Below, one piece after another: positions 8,996 to 19,068 of a DNA stretch of 64,000 nt (the stretch's first letter is position 1; each line of letters starts with the position of its first letter). This DNA comes from Cyanophora paradoxa CCMP329 (taxonomy: Eukaryota; Plantae; Glaucophyta). The position numbers and the translations under genes are program-made. The notes under the pieces were generated by a model. That model did no database searches. It was not told the DNA's origin and saw only the letters and a program-made list of their open reading frames with translations. The stretch lies in assembly GCA_004431415.1 (NCBI GenBank), contig QPMI01000127.1:186001-250000 (forward strand). The letters run 5' to 3'.

Positions 8996-9748
8996 TTACT
9001 CGTCCGTCGAGTCGTATCCATCTATGTCGGGGATATCGAGCCCGAAGAAGAAGGGGCCCGCGAGCAGGCGGGGCTCGGGGGGCACCGCGGCGCCGTCTGG
9101 GCCGCGGCGGCGCTGGCCCGCGCGATTGCGCGGGTAGGGGAGCCGGATCAGGCCGCCCATGAGGTCGGGCCACTCCGCGAGGCGCTGGCAGCCCCGCCGC
9201 TCCAGCTCCTCCGTCACCGCCCACTCGTCCGCGGCGGGCCGCCCTACGCGGCGGCACCACGCCAGGTAGTCCAGCATGAACTCCCGCACGGGCGTGTAGA
9301 GCCGCCGGTGCGTCCTGCCCCCGTCGATCGTCACCGTGTCGTGGCTGAACCTCTGCGCCGGCGGGTCAGCGGCGCCGGCGGAAGTGCGACGCGCGCGCAC
9401 GTATTCGTGGTAGTTCAGGAAGTCGCCCAGCGGCGCGATTCCCGTGCGGCGCGCGGCGTCGAACGCGCGCTTCTCCACCGCCGCCTCGAACTCGCCGCGC
9501 AGCCGAGCGACGTCCGCGGCGCGTGCGCGCACTACTGCTGCGCGCGCCTGAACCTCCTCCTTCAGCTTGCGCGCCGCCTCCGCTGCGCGCTCCGGCTCCG
9601 CGCCTTGCGCGCGTGCCTGCTCGCCGCCCGCCGCCGCCTCGGCCTCCCGAGCCTCGGCGTACGCTAGCCGCGCCTCGTGCAGCGCCACCATTGCGAACGT
9701 CGCCCGCTGCCAGGCCTCGTTGGCGGCCCCCGCGGCGACCTCGGTCAT
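8996..9748 (-). CDS. Paralog of 644-1192 with an in-frame 48-nt intron (9353-9400)
   Basis: GTGCGC donor, CTGAC branch site, GCGCAG acceptor. Removing it improves collinearity with the paralog. Confidence 0.75.
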   Translation of the reverse strand: MTEVAAGAANEAWQRATFAMVALHEARLAYAEAREAEAAAGGEQARAQGAEPERAAEAARKLKEEVQARAAVVRARAADVARLRGEFEAAVEKRAFDAARRTGIAPLGDFLNYHEYVRARRTSAGAADPPAQRFSHDTVTIDGGRTHRRLYTPVREFMLDYLAWCRRVGRPAADEWAVTEELERRGCQRLAEWPDLMGGLIRLPYPRNRAGQRRRGPDGAAVPPEPRLLAGPFFFGLDIPDIDGYDSTDE

Positions 9749-9835
9749 CGCTGCGCTACGGTTCCACTAGCGAAGAATGAGCGAACCGGCGCCAGTCGTA
9801 TCAAGTTCAATGATTGTTTGATGTACCCCTTGTCC

Positions 9836-9933
9836 GAACCACCCCACAAGGGGGTGGGGTGTGATTCCAGGTCACGTGTCACGTGAGCAAAAAAATGACG
9901 AATGACGCCCCCTGACGGGGACGGGGGTGATTC
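9836..9933. promoter_or_regulatory. Two dyad copies (9836-9867, 9900-9933) flanking tandem CACGTG E-boxes, between divergent genes
   Basis: GAACCACCCC-N12-GGTGTGATTC; GTCACGTGTCACGTGA; GAATGACGCC-N14-GGGGTGATTC. Confidence 0.7.
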
Positions 9934-9989
9934 GACCGTTAAACGGCCCGCCGCCGGCCCGCGGGCCCCGGGCACACATCGACGAAGGC

Positions 9990-10958
9990 ATGCACATGAT
10001 CGCCCTGACACCGACGGCACCCCAAGAGACGACCCCAACCTGGCTTGACCTGGCCAAGCACCTGCTGGGCGAGGACGGATTCGAGGAACAGCGCGACCAC
10101 GCCATCATGCTGAACGTCTTCCGCCGGTGCAGCCCCCAGGTGGCGGCCGAGTTCGCGGCGACGCGGCACGCGGGCGACCGGGCCGCGGCCGCTTCCAGCC
10201 CCCAGGAGGCGGCCAGGGCGGCGTCGGAGCTGGCGGTGTGCTCGGAGCGGCTGAAGGCCGCGTTCCTCGCGGCGTGCGAGCGCCAGCTCGTCGCGCTCTG
10301 CGGCGGCATCGACGGCAACATGCTGGACCGGCTGCGCTCCCTCGCCTCGCGGCTCATCGAGAACCCCCGCACGGCCTGCGACGAGCTCGTCGAGTACGAC
10401 AGGAGGTGGCAGGCGACGCTCGCGCGCCTCGCCGAGGCCGCGCGCGTGGCCGGGATCCCCGAGGAGCACCGCGAGCAGGCCGCGCTCGCCGCGACGACGT
10501 TCACCGCGGCGGACATCGACCACCTCACGCTGCTCACGCGGCTGATCAAGCGCGCCCAGGCCCTCGACTCCCGCCCCCTGGCGCCGGGGGTTCCCGTGAA
10601 GCCGGTGCGTCGCCCACCCGACGTCGCGCACCCGACGTCGCCCAACCGACGAACCCGACCGCAGGTCCTCCAGGGCCCCGACGAGGTCTTCTTCTGCGAC
10701 CTCATGTACTTCCGCCAGACCGGGAGGCGGCTGATGCTGGACGAGGACTTCGCCGACCTCCTGAAGATTTGCAGGGAGACGGGGGTCTGCCACGGCGTCG
10801 TGGCCGGCGGCGAGATCTGCGCCGTCCTCAGGGTCACCGACAAGTCGGACCAGGACTGGTATGTCCTCGCCGACACGCGGGCCTTCCCCTCCGGCGAGGC
10901 CGCCATCGGGCGCGCCCTCGAGTTCGGCCGCTCCCTCGGCTTCCCCCCTCCCAAGTAG
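9990..10958 (+). CDS. Hypothetical protein with possible in-frame 60-nt intron (10605-10664)
   Basis: Long ORF; GTGCGT...CCGCAG segment encodes a low-complexity insert. Confidence 0.75.
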   Translation: MHMIALTPTAPQETTPTWLDLAKHLLGEDGFEEQRDHAIMLNVFRRCSPQVAAEFAATRHAGDRAAAASSPQEAARAASELAVCSERLKAAFLAACERQLVALCGGIDGNMLDRLRSLASRLIENPRTACDELVEYDRRWQATLARLAEAARVAGIPEEHREQAALAATTFTAADIDHLTLLTRLIKRAQALDSRPLAPGVPVKPVRRPPDVAHPTSPNRRTRPQVLQGPDEVFFCDLMYFRQTGRRLMLDEDFADLLKICRETGVCHGVVAGGEICAVLRVTDKSDQDWYVLADTRAFPSGEAAIGRALEFGRSLGFPPPK

Positions 10959-10999
10959 GCCAGGCAGAAGTGTTGCAATTCGAGACTCGTTCCACTGTG

Positions 11000-11602
11000 T
11001 CAACGCTTAAGGATGGTCCGAGCGACCACAGATTCCGCACTGGTCGACGGGCACGTGTAGTAGGTGGGGCCCACGGGGGCCGAGGGGAGCTGTCCCCCCT
11101 TTAAAGAGGGCTCGGGGGCGAGGCCGGCCGCCATGGCCTCGCACGCGTTCGCGAAACGCCGACCCGTTCCGCGCTCGCACACGGGGCGGTCGACGGTGCG
11201 GCAGCCCGTCGCGCTCAGCGGGAGCATGGACTCCTCGAGGGACTCCCAGGGCTCCACGATGTCGCCGCGATCATTCCTGCACCGCGACGGGTAGACGGCC
11301 AGGTGGAAACCGCCGGGACCGGAGCGGTACTTCCGGGCGGGGTCCTGGGAGCAGGGAATGAGGTTGGCGGCTTCCAGCTCGGGGCGGGCCGAGCGCAGCA
11401 GCCCCGGAGGGCCCACGGGGATGGGCGGACCGGAGAGGGGGTCGGCGATCACGGCCGGCAGCGCGGCGGGGGGCGGGCCCAGCGCGGCGGGGGCGACGGG
11501 GGCCGGGTCGATCGCGCCGCGGCTCATGTACTTGTACGTCGCAAAGGCGATCCCGACCGAGGCCGCCACGACGACGGCCCCCCAGAGTGTGCGCGAGTCC
11601 AT
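11000..11602 (-). CDS. Membrane-anchored protein with Kazal-like Cys motif
   Basis: N-terminal TM (LWGAVVVAASVGIAF); DRPVCERGTGRRFANACEA. Confidence 0.6.
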   Translation of the reverse strand: MDSRTLWGAVVVAASVGIAFATYKYMSRGAIDPAPVAPAALGPPPAALPAVIADPLSGPPIPVGPPGLLRSARPELEAANLIPCSQDPARKYRSGPGGFHLAVYPSRCRNDRGDIVEPWESLEESMLPLSATGCRTVDRPVCERGTGRRFANACEAMAAGLAPEPSLKGGQLPSAPVGPTYYTCPSTSAESVVARTILKR

Positions 11603-11679
11603 TTTACTCTCTCCGGTGATACTTTTCGCCAGCGCTCCCGGGCCCGCCGCCGCTCCCGCTCCCGCTCCCGCCGGCGGCG

Positions 11680-12291
11680 CTAGGCGTGCAGGCGCCAGGC
11701 GAGGAGGGTCGCGAGGCCGCCCACGAGGCACCACATGCTGCCGATCGCGCGCTCGCGGTTGTACGCGATGGTGCTCCAGGCGAAGGTCCCGAGCGTGAGC
11801 GCCGTGTACGCCTTGCCTACGGAGCGGGGCCGGGCGTGCATCGCGAAGGGGGCGGCGAGCAGCATGGCGAAGGCGCACCACTCGGCGAACTCCACCTTCT
11901 CCGCCCAGGGCCACTGCAGGTGGCGCGAGTCGCAGCAGGGGGCGAGGACCGTCTCGGGGCCCTTCGCGGGGGTGCGGCGGGCGAGGAAGACGAGCGTGAA
12001 GATGCAGACGACGGCGATGTGCAGGGGGCTCGGGCGCGGCCCGGGGGCCCGCTCCAGGAAGGCCGCGAGGGTGGCCGCCAGGGGCTCGGTCGCGATGACG
12101 TACCAGAGGGCCTTGCCGACCCAGGGCCCGCCCCCGCGCCACGCGAAGAACTCCAGCAGCTGCACGAGGCCGTAGTGCAGGCCCGCGCCGGCCACCCAGC
12201 GGTCGTTGGGCAGGGCGCGACGCCACAGGCCCGCGCTGCTCGCCGCGATCGCAAGGAAGGAGCCGAGGCTGACCTCGGCCGAGAAGCACAT
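11680..12291 (-). CDS. Multi-pass membrane protein, MCFS...SMWC family common in NCLDV
   Basis: MCFSAEVSL, VQLLEFFAW, HLQWPW and GSMWCL motifs. Confidence 0.75.
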   Translation of the reverse strand: MCFSAEVSLGSFLAIAASSAGLWRRALPNDRWVAGAGLHYGLVQLLEFFAWRGGGPWVGKALWYVIATEPLAATLAAFLERAPGPRPSPLHIAVVCIFTLVFLARRTPAKGPETVLAPCCDSRHLQWPWAEKVEFAEWCAFAMLLAAPFAMHARPRSVGKAYTALTLGTFAWSTIAYNRERAIGSMWCLVGGLATLLAWRLHA

Positions 12292-12339
12292 CGTCGCTCA
12301 CGCGTGGGCGCCTGTTTTTTTGCACGCTCACAGCAAGAA

Positions 12340-13149
12340 ATGGGCGACGCCCAGGGCAGAAGCGCCCTGCTGGGGCTTGCAGCGACCAACGGGGTCGGCG
12401 AGGACTTCCTCCGGTCCGTGGACCCCACCGCCCTCGCCGCGCTCGGCCAGACGTGCCGGGGGATGAGGGCTGCGACGCGCGAGCAGCTCGAGAGGGCCCG
12501 CGCCGACTACCCGCGCCTTCTTGAAGAGTGGAGACAGAAGAAGGCTCATCGCGAGATTAGTCAAAGGTTGCTCGATAAGCTCGCGACCTTCCTCCGGGAT
12601 CTGAGGGAGACAGACAGCTGGGCGCGACTCTTAGAAGGGGCTGAATTCCTCCGAAACCGGGAGAGGGGAGGCGCGGCACTCGCCGAAGAGGTGCGAATGC
12701 TCGCGGATCAGCCGGAGTACCTTTTCGAAGTTGGGAAGCTGGATGCGCGGAGTCTGGTACAGCACGCCCGAGATCTTGAATGGGCGATCGGCGCAGTCGC
12801 CAGGAAACTGGCACAGTACCCCGACGGTCCAACAGGCCTTGAACGCTTCGGCAAATTCTTGGGGGGTGACTTCCTAGATTATCTGCGAAAAGTGGTGTAC
12901 GAGCTCGGCAGAGACGCAAAACCGTTTGAGACGCAGCCAGATCCGGCGTGGCTGGCGGCCAACCCGCCCCCGCCGCCCCCCTACTGGTCCCCACCCCCCG
13001 ACCCGCCGCGCTGGCCCCCGCCGCCCGAGGTGTCGCAGCCGCCGGCCCAGGCCCATCGGTTCCGTCGCCGAACCCGGCGTCGCCCAACCCGGCGTCGCCG
13101 AACCCAGCGTCGCCGCCCCCGGAGTCGCTCGGGTCGGCGACGCCGGTAG
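12340..13149 (+). CDS. F-box-like protein with WLAANP motif and Arg tail
   Basis: FLRSVDPTALAALGQTCRGMR; WLAANPPPPP; ends AHRFRRRTRRRPTRRRR... Confidence 0.8.
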   Translation: MGDAQGRSALLGLAATNGVGEDFLRSVDPTALAALGQTCRGMRAATREQLERARADYPRLLEEWRQKKAHREISQRLLDKLATFLRDLRETDSWARLLEGAEFLRNRERGGAALAEEVRMLADQPEYLFEVGKLDARSLVQHARDLEWAIGAVARKLAQYPDGPTGLERFGKFLGGDFLDYLRKVVYELGRDAKPFETQPDPAWLAANPPPPPPYWSPPPDPPRWPPPPEVSQPPAQAHRFRRRTRRRPTRRRRTQRRRPRSRSGRRRR

Positions 13150-13153
13150 GCGC

Positions 13154-13187
13154 CTCGCACCCCCGCCCCGGGCGGCGGGGGTGGTTT
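13154..13187. promoter_or_regulatory. Dyad copy (partial left arm) followed by CCAAT
   Basis: ctcgCACCCC-N14-GGGGTGGTTt; CCAAT at 13193. Confidence 0.55.
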
Positions 13188-13239
13188 CGCGGCCAATGTT
13201 GCGCACAGACCGGCTGCGTGGCCCTCAGTCGACGCGCCG

Positions 13240-13575
13240 ATGCAGCCCCTCCCCGAGCTCGTTCCGGGCGCGATGGACAGGCAGGCGTACTACGAGGGCC
13301 TGCGGGCCCGGGACCGCGCGCACAGGCTGCACGCCGAGGCCGGGCTGGCAGCAAAGTCCGCGGGCGACGAGCTGATGCGGATGTACTTCGAGCAGCAGCT
13401 CGCGGACCACGCGTGGGCGCTGAAGTCGCTGCAGCTCGCGCACCCCATCGACGTGTTCGTCCGCGAGGCGTACGCCCCCATCATCTCCGGCCTGGAGGGC
13501 CTCATCAAAGCCGCCAGCCCCCTTCCCCCGCGCCCCCCCCGCCCCCCGCGCGCCCGAAGATGCGTGTCTCAATGA
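13240..13575 (+). CDS. Small hypothetical protein
   Basis: ORF with high GC3 downstream of a dyad. Confidence 0.6.
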   Translation: MQPLPELVPGAMDRQAYYEGLRARDRAHRLHAEAGLAAKSAGDELMRMYFEQQLADHAWALKSLQLAHPIDVFVREAYAPIISGLEGLIKAASPLPPRPPRPPRARRCVSQ

Positions 13576-13601
13576 AACCAATCTCAATTCCGTTCACGAG
13601 C

Positions 13602-14423
13602 CTACACGAGGGAGGCAACCTCAAGGTCGTCTAGGGCGTCCTCGATGGCACTATCGAAGCCGCGGAGGTCGCGGTCGCTCTCCTGGTCAAAGGCGTCGCT
13701 GTCGTAGTTGAGGACGTACTGCGCCGAGCGGGAGAGCTGGTCCTGCACGTGCTGCAGAACGCGCCGGTTGCGCCGGCGGGCCGCGGCGAGCTCGTTGCCG
13801 CAGAGGGTCGCGGCGCGGGCGCAGTCGAGCAGCGAGCCGATCTCGCCGGAGATCGCGGGGTGCATCACGGGGGCGGGAAGGGCCAGGGCGAGGCTCTGGG
13901 TGGTGGAGTACATCCGCCACACCAGGCCGTTCAGCTCGGCGACGCGCTCGTCCACCTCGTCCTCGGCGGGGGGCGGCAGCGCGGCCGTGACGATCGGACG
14001 GCCGAAGTGGGGGCGGGGGGCCTTGGGGCGCGGGAGGGCGGAGCGGGCGTGGGGGCGGACGGGGTGGGGCAGCTGCGGCGAGTCGTTCCCCTGCTCCATG
14101 ATGACGGTCGCCGGCGCCCCGGGGCGGGCGCCGCGGGCGGGGTCGATGGGGATGAAGACGGAGCGCATGCCCGTGCGGGGGATGTCGACGGGGGAGGACC
14201 GGACGGCGGGGGGGGAGTCGACCGGACTTGGGGGAGTCCAGACTTGGGGCGGGGGTGGGGTCGGGGGGCGGGGGCGGGCCTCGACCTCGAGGTGGCGCGG
14301 CGTGGACTGCAGCACGCACTCCGCGAGCCACGCCTGGGCCGGCGAGGGGGGCTCGGCCGGGAGGGGGGCCACCTTGTCGAGGATGGAGGAGAGCGTGATG
14401 AGGGGGGTCGGGGCGGAGGCCAT
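13602..14423 (-). CDS. Pro-rich hypothetical protein with helical C-terminal domain
   Basis: ATG at 14423; coding-like codon use. Confidence 0.7.
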   Translation of the reverse strand: MASAPTPLITLSSILDKVAPLPAEPPSPAQAWLAECVLQSTPRHLEVEARPRPPTPPPPQVWTPPSPVDSPPAVRSSPVDIPRTGMRSVFIPIDPARGARPGAPATVIMEQGNDSPQLPHPVRPHARSALPRPKAPRPHFGRPIVTAALPPPAEDEVDERVAELNGLVWRMYSTTQSLALALPAPVMHPAISGEIGSLLDCARAATLCGNELAAARRRNRRVLQHVQDQLSRSAQYVLNYDSDAFDQESDRDLRGFDSAIEDALDDLEVASLV

Positions 14424-14492
14424 GGTCGGGGGCGCGACACGAACAAGAATGAGCCGGGTCAGGCCGGCGCCGGCGCTCGAACCTCGAAATAT

Positions 14493-14591
14493 CCAATCAG
14501 CCCGAATCACCCCCGGCGAGGGTCACGCGGGTGGGGGTACGACTCGTCACGTGACCCGAATCACCCCCGGTGCCTGGACCTGGGGTGATTC
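14493..14591. promoter_or_regulatory. CCAAT, partial dyad (14504-14537), GTCACGTGAC and a perfect-arm dyad (14558-14591), between divergent genes
   Basis: GAATCACCCC-N14-GGGGTGATTC at 14558-14591. Confidence 0.8.
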
Positions 14592-14649
14592 GGAGGTCGA
14601 GTGCCGGGCCCCGGGCCCGGCGGGTCGCCGGCAGTCTCAAGCCTCGAAA

Positions 14650-15636
14650 ATGAACATCCTCCACCCCGACCTCCCGGTCTCGAGCATGGAGTTCGTCGCC
14701 CTCGACGCCGTGCCGCACGCCGCGGCTTGGCAGTCGCACGTCCGGTTCCCCGGGATCCCCGGAATGGTCGACATGTATATCGCGCCGGCGCTGTCCCTCG
14801 AGGGCCTCGCCGCCGCCGTGATCCCCGAAGGCGCCTGCGTCGTCAAACGGTTGGACGGATTCTTCACCCTCCTGCACATCCACCGCACCCCGGTGCCCGA
14901 CCCGGAGTTCTTCGCCGAGTGCGACGCGGTCCTGAAGATGATCAACCACTGGATGTGCAGCGCAAGCGTAAAATCCTCGCAGCAGGCGGAGGTTGCGCAG
15001 TGGAAGGGTCGGCGCGCCGTCGTCGATCCCGTCGCCGACCTGTTGATCGCCGACCCGATCGCCGACCCGATCGCCGACCCCAGCGTCGACCCCAGCGCCG
15101 AACCCATCCCGCGACCGAGGCGCGCGCGCGTCAAGGCGGCCGGCGGCGGCGCGCCCGTGCTCAGGCTGCCGGTCGCGCCGCTCCTCTCGTCGGCGGACCA
15201 GACCCTTGCGGTCGACCCCGGGCGTGCCTGCGTCATCGGGCGCGTGACCGGCAACTACCTCTACTTCCACGTGCACCGCACCCCGGGCTTCGAGGACCCG
15301 CTCTTCCCAAGGTTCTTCAAAGAGTGCGCGGAGGCGATGGAGCAAATCCACTACTGGATCCGAGTCACGGAGGTCCGGACGAGGCACATGTGCGCCGTGT
15401 CGGCCTACAACTACAAGCGCGAGGACATCTCGCTCGGATCCCTGCCCCCCTGCCTCATCCAAACCAACAGCGAGAGCGCCCTCCCCGACATCAACTTCGC
15501 CGAGCCCCACGCCCTGCCCCTCCACCTCGCCCCGCCCCACCGGCTCCCATCCCCCCCCTCGCGGCCGGCCGCCCGCCCCGGGCCCGCCGACCCCAGCTCC
15601 TTGATATGTCAGATAGCGGCCGCGGGGGCAGCGTAG
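14650..15636 (+). CDS. Hypothetical protein with an internally duplicated domain
   Basis: ACVVKRLDGFFTLLHIHRTP...FFAEC...INHW versus ACVIGRVTGNYLYFHVHRTP...FFKEC...IHYW. Confidence 0.75.
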   Translation: MNILHPDLPVSSMEFVALDAVPHAAAWQSHVRFPGIPGMVDMYIAPALSLEGLAAAVIPEGACVVKRLDGFFTLLHIHRTPVPDPEFFAECDAVLKMINHWMCSASVKSSQQAEVAQWKGRRAVVDPVADLLIADPIADPIADPSVDPSAEPIPRPRRARVKAAGGGAPVLRLPVAPLLSSADQTLAVDPGRACVIGRVTGNYLYFHVHRTPGFEDPLFPRFFKECAEAMEQIHYWIRVTEVRTRHMCAVSAYNYKREDISLGSLPPCLIQTNSESALPDINFAEPHALPLHLAPPHRLPSPPSRPAARPGPADPSSLICQIAAAGAA

Positions 15637-15678
15637 ATCGTGTGATTTTTATCGAGAGTACATGTACAGTAGGCGAGA

Positions 15679-16059
15679 ATGGCGACCGGGAAGCTGATGA
15701 TGCCGGACCTAGATGACATCAAGGCCGCCGCCGCGAGCATGAGCTCGGCGGTGAAGAATAAGATCGAGGCGCTCCGGGAATCGGGCATGTCCATGGAGGA
15801 GATATGGAGGCTCGTGAGGAGCGTAGTATCGAAGGAAGTGGAGGCTGGAGAGGCTGCGAGCGTAGCAGGGTGGGGTGCGGGGGCGGTGGGGCTCGCGGTG
15901 GGCGGGGCGGGCGCGCTGGGCGCGCTCGGGTACCGCGGGTACCAGGCGATCCGCGGCCGCCTGCGGACCCGCACCCGCCGCCGGAGCGAGCTGCGCCGCG
16001 AGGTCTCAAAGTTCCGCAGGCGCCACGGGTCCCTGAAGCGCTCCAGGAGCAAGCGCTGA
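15679..16059 (+). CDS. Small protein with Gly/Ala hydrophobic segment and Arg tail
   Basis: GWGAGAVGLAVGGAGALGALGY followed by RGRLRTRTRRRS. Confidence 0.7.
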   Translation: MATGKLMMPDLDDIKAAAASMSSAVKNKIEALRESGMSMEEIWRLVRSVVSKEVEAGEAASVAGWGAGAVGLAVGGAGALGALGYRGYQAIRGRLRTRTRRRSELRREVSKFRRRHGSLKRSRSKR

Positions 16060-16674
16060 GTCTCCGGGCGCCTCGCCGCTTCCCGGTGGCCCGTCCACGC
16101 CCACCCCCATGTGCTCGCAGACGCGGGCGCAGAGGGCGATGAAGTCGCCCTCCGCGAGGTCCAGCTTGGCGGTGTTGATGTAGGTGCCCGTCAGCTGCAC
16201 GTTGCCCGGCTCGTACCCGCGCGAGCTGTCGATGCGGTCGAGGCTCGCGTTGTGTATGTGGCAGCGCAGGCCGAGGGGCGGCTTGACGTCGGTGACGAAG
16301 GTCATGGGCGCGTCCGTCAGGGCGCACCGCCCACCCTGCGCGGCCCAGAGGGCCGCGACGTCGGCGTACGAGATCGTGAACGCCCGGCCCCTGGAGCGGC
16401 CCTTGCCCTTGACGGGGTCGCAGCGGTCCCGCGCGCTCCGCCAGGCGTGCCGCAGGTAACCCTCGAGCCGCGGGTCCTCGCCGACGTTGTGCAGCCGCCA
16501 GAGCTTGCGCGGGTGCGGGTGGTGCACGTCGCAGAGCGAGTGCGTGATCTGTGCCCGTCGCCCGCAGCCCGCCCGTGCGCACGCGCGGGGCACGACCCCG
16601 TGCCTCCTGCAAACCCCGCCCTCCACCGCCGCCGTCCGCGGACAGCCCCGCACCCAGCACCAGTGACCGGCCAT
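16006..16674 (-). CDS. HNH-like endonuclease with N-terminal Cys/His zinc-finger repeats
   Basis: QGGRCALT...NASLDRIDSSRGYEPGNVQL...INTAK. Confidence 0.8.
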   Translation of the reverse strand: MAGHWCWVRGCPRTAAVEGGVCRRHGVVPRACARAGCGRRAQITHSLCDVHHPHPRKLWRLHNVGEDPRLEGYLRHAWRSARDRCDPVKGKGRSRGRAFTISYADVAALWAAQGGRCALTDAPMTFVTDVKPPLGLRCHIHNASLDRIDSSRGYEPGNVQLTGTYINTAKLDLAEGDFIALCARVCEHMGVGVDGPPGSGEAPGDSALAPGALQGPVAPAEL

Positions 16675-16731
16675 AGCGAGTCGACGTCATTAGCACAGAA
16701 CATTTACAGTGCGCGCGGGACGCGCTGTCCT

Positions 16732-17170
16732 CTACGTCTTCCTCCTCCTCTTCTTCTTCTTCGGCGCCTCCTCCTGCGCCCGGGATCAGCGGGGGCGCGG
16801 CCGCGTCTCGCCCGGCCCGTGGGCGTACCTCGCCGATGTCGACAATGGGCGCGACGGAGTCGATGTTCATGCTGGAGCTGCTCGACCTCCGCTCCGTGGG
16901 CTCGCTTCTCTCCCACAACGCTTCGAGGAGAGCGAGAGCGCGGCGGGCCGCCTCCGGATCCTCCTCGACCGCCCCCTCGCCCGCCTCCTCGCCCGCCTCC
17001 TCCTCCTCATCATCATCCTGCGCGCGGGCGCCCGTGAGGATCGGAGGTCGGGCGCGTACATCGGCCACGCACGGCGCCGGCGACGCGGGGCGGCGCGTAG
17101 CGTCGAGCAGCCGTTGCCGCAGTCGTTGCCGCAGCCTCCTCGCCCGCCCCCTCGCCCGCCTCCTCGTCCG

Positions 17171-17202
<32 letters not shown>

Positions 17203-19068
17203 GATTCGCCGGACTCGGCCGACCCCAAGCGATCCTCGAGGACCTCCTTGTCTTTCGTCACGAGCCTGGGCCTCTTCTGCGCGCCCTGTAAAGAGTAAAG
17301 AGAGGCGGCGGTGGCGGGCGGGGGACAGGTGCACCCTCCTCTGGGCGGCGCCAATCCGGTCCTGTGTCAGCTTCTTCTCGACCGCTTCGAGTCTCTTCTG
17401 TTTCTGCAACGGAGCGGCTCAGCATTTTCCGGCGGAGGGCGGGCGGCAGGCTCGCCACGGTAGACAGGTTGTCCCGGTCCGCCCCGGCCGCCTTCACCAG
17501 CCCCGCTTTCACCAGTGCCTCGGTGGCGGCAGCCGACATCGCGCTGAATTTATTCCCCCACCTGCCCCCCTTCTTGCCCAGCGGGAAGTTGTGCAGCTCC
17601 GTCACCCTGTCGCCTTTTCATTCAACGGGCCCCAGGGCGGGGCTGGGCGCGTACACTTCCGATGTGATGGGCCCGTCCCTGATGCTTTCGAAGAGCCGCC
17701 GCACCGGCTCTTCCATTTCACTCTTCTTGCCCATCCTGACGTAGCACTCCTGGATGCCCGCCGAGAAGTCCTGCGCGCGCAGTCACAGGGCGCGGAGGCG
17801 GTCGGAGGAGGGCGAGCGCACATGGTCTGGGCTGCTGTTGCGGATGAGGTAGCAGTCCAGGAGGAGGCGGATTTGCTGGCGGGCTTTCTTGGTGGAGAGG
17901 CCTTCGTCCCCGATTCCGGCAAGTTGTAAGAGCTCGTCGCCGAAGAACGCCCTCAGATGGGCGAGGTCGCCGCCGCCGAAGTACTTCTTGAAGTGGGAGG
18001 GGAAGCCTGTGTTGCCGCTGTAGAACGACCGGAGGATTGGAGCCCAGTACGGCGTGTCCGTCTTGGGCAGATGCTCCACTAAAGCTGTCTTGATTGTTTG
18101 AAACGCCGTCCTGTTCGAAGGGTATCCGTAAGTCAGGGCGGCCGCGGGCGGCGGGCACAGGCGCACAAAAGATCCGGCTCCAGGACGGGGTTGTACTTGC
18201 CGCGCACATCCTCCGGGCTCTTCGGCTCCCTGCCGAGAGCAGCGAACGGTGAGGCGGGCGGCGCGCGGGCGGCGCGCGGGCGGCCCGGGCGGCACTTTGG
18301 CTGGCTGCGCTTTTTCGCAGACGCCGCCGCCGTCGCCGCCGTCGTCTGAATGGCGCCGGGGGGGCTGCGCAGAATCAGCGGCGGCGCGCGCAGGGTGGCG
18401 GGGCGGGGCGCGCTACACTGGGAACCATTCGCCGACGCCGAATAGCTTGTCGCTGTCGCAGCAGCAGAAGATCACTGGCTGCTTGCTCTGATCGAAAAGT
18501 GGGCCGCATCCCCATGGACACGTCAGCTGCTTCCCGGCGAGATGCCCGATATAGTGCGCCGTTGCCATGACGACGTGGTGCGTGTGCTGCGCGCCCGCGC
18601 TGCCCTCGGCGGCGCAGCAGGGGCCCGTGGCGGTCGCGAACAGCAGAGTATCGTTGCCCGTTCCGAAGCGCGGCAAGCTCCTGGCTCGCGTGTATGCGGC
18701 GACACCGAGCAAGGCTGCCGTCGCGGCGTCAGCTCTCTACCGCGCCCGGCGCGGCGGAGTCTCACCGTCGCGGAAGGCGTGCTGCGCGACCGGAGCGTGA
18801 GTGGCGGCGCGCGGCGGCGCGCGCGGCGTGCGCGGCAGCGAGGGCGTACATTCGCAGGGAAGTCGGCGAAGGCCGAGAGCTCCTCCACGGTGTGCGTGCC
18901 AGCCACGGAAAGAACGGGCTGTGGGACATCCACGAAGTTCGTGCGGTTGGCCAGCTGCCCCGTCGGAAACGGTGGAGGGAACAATGGACCACAATGCGTG
19001 GCCGCTGGCGCTGGATCGGCCGAGGAGGGGCCCGCGCGCACGATGAGCGCGCTCTCATCGTCGGACAT
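16732..19068 (-). CDS. Spliced gene, 12 exons and 11 GT-AG introns; acidic protein ending in NLS PKKKKRRRKT
   Basis: Introns: 18782-18849, 18715-18765, 18365-18416, 18230-18295, 18111-18166, 17771-17821, 17607-17654, 17404-17458, 17286-17334, 17018-17072, 16774-16828. Joining the exons gives one open frame from MSDDESAL to the TAG at 16732. Confidence 0.8.
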
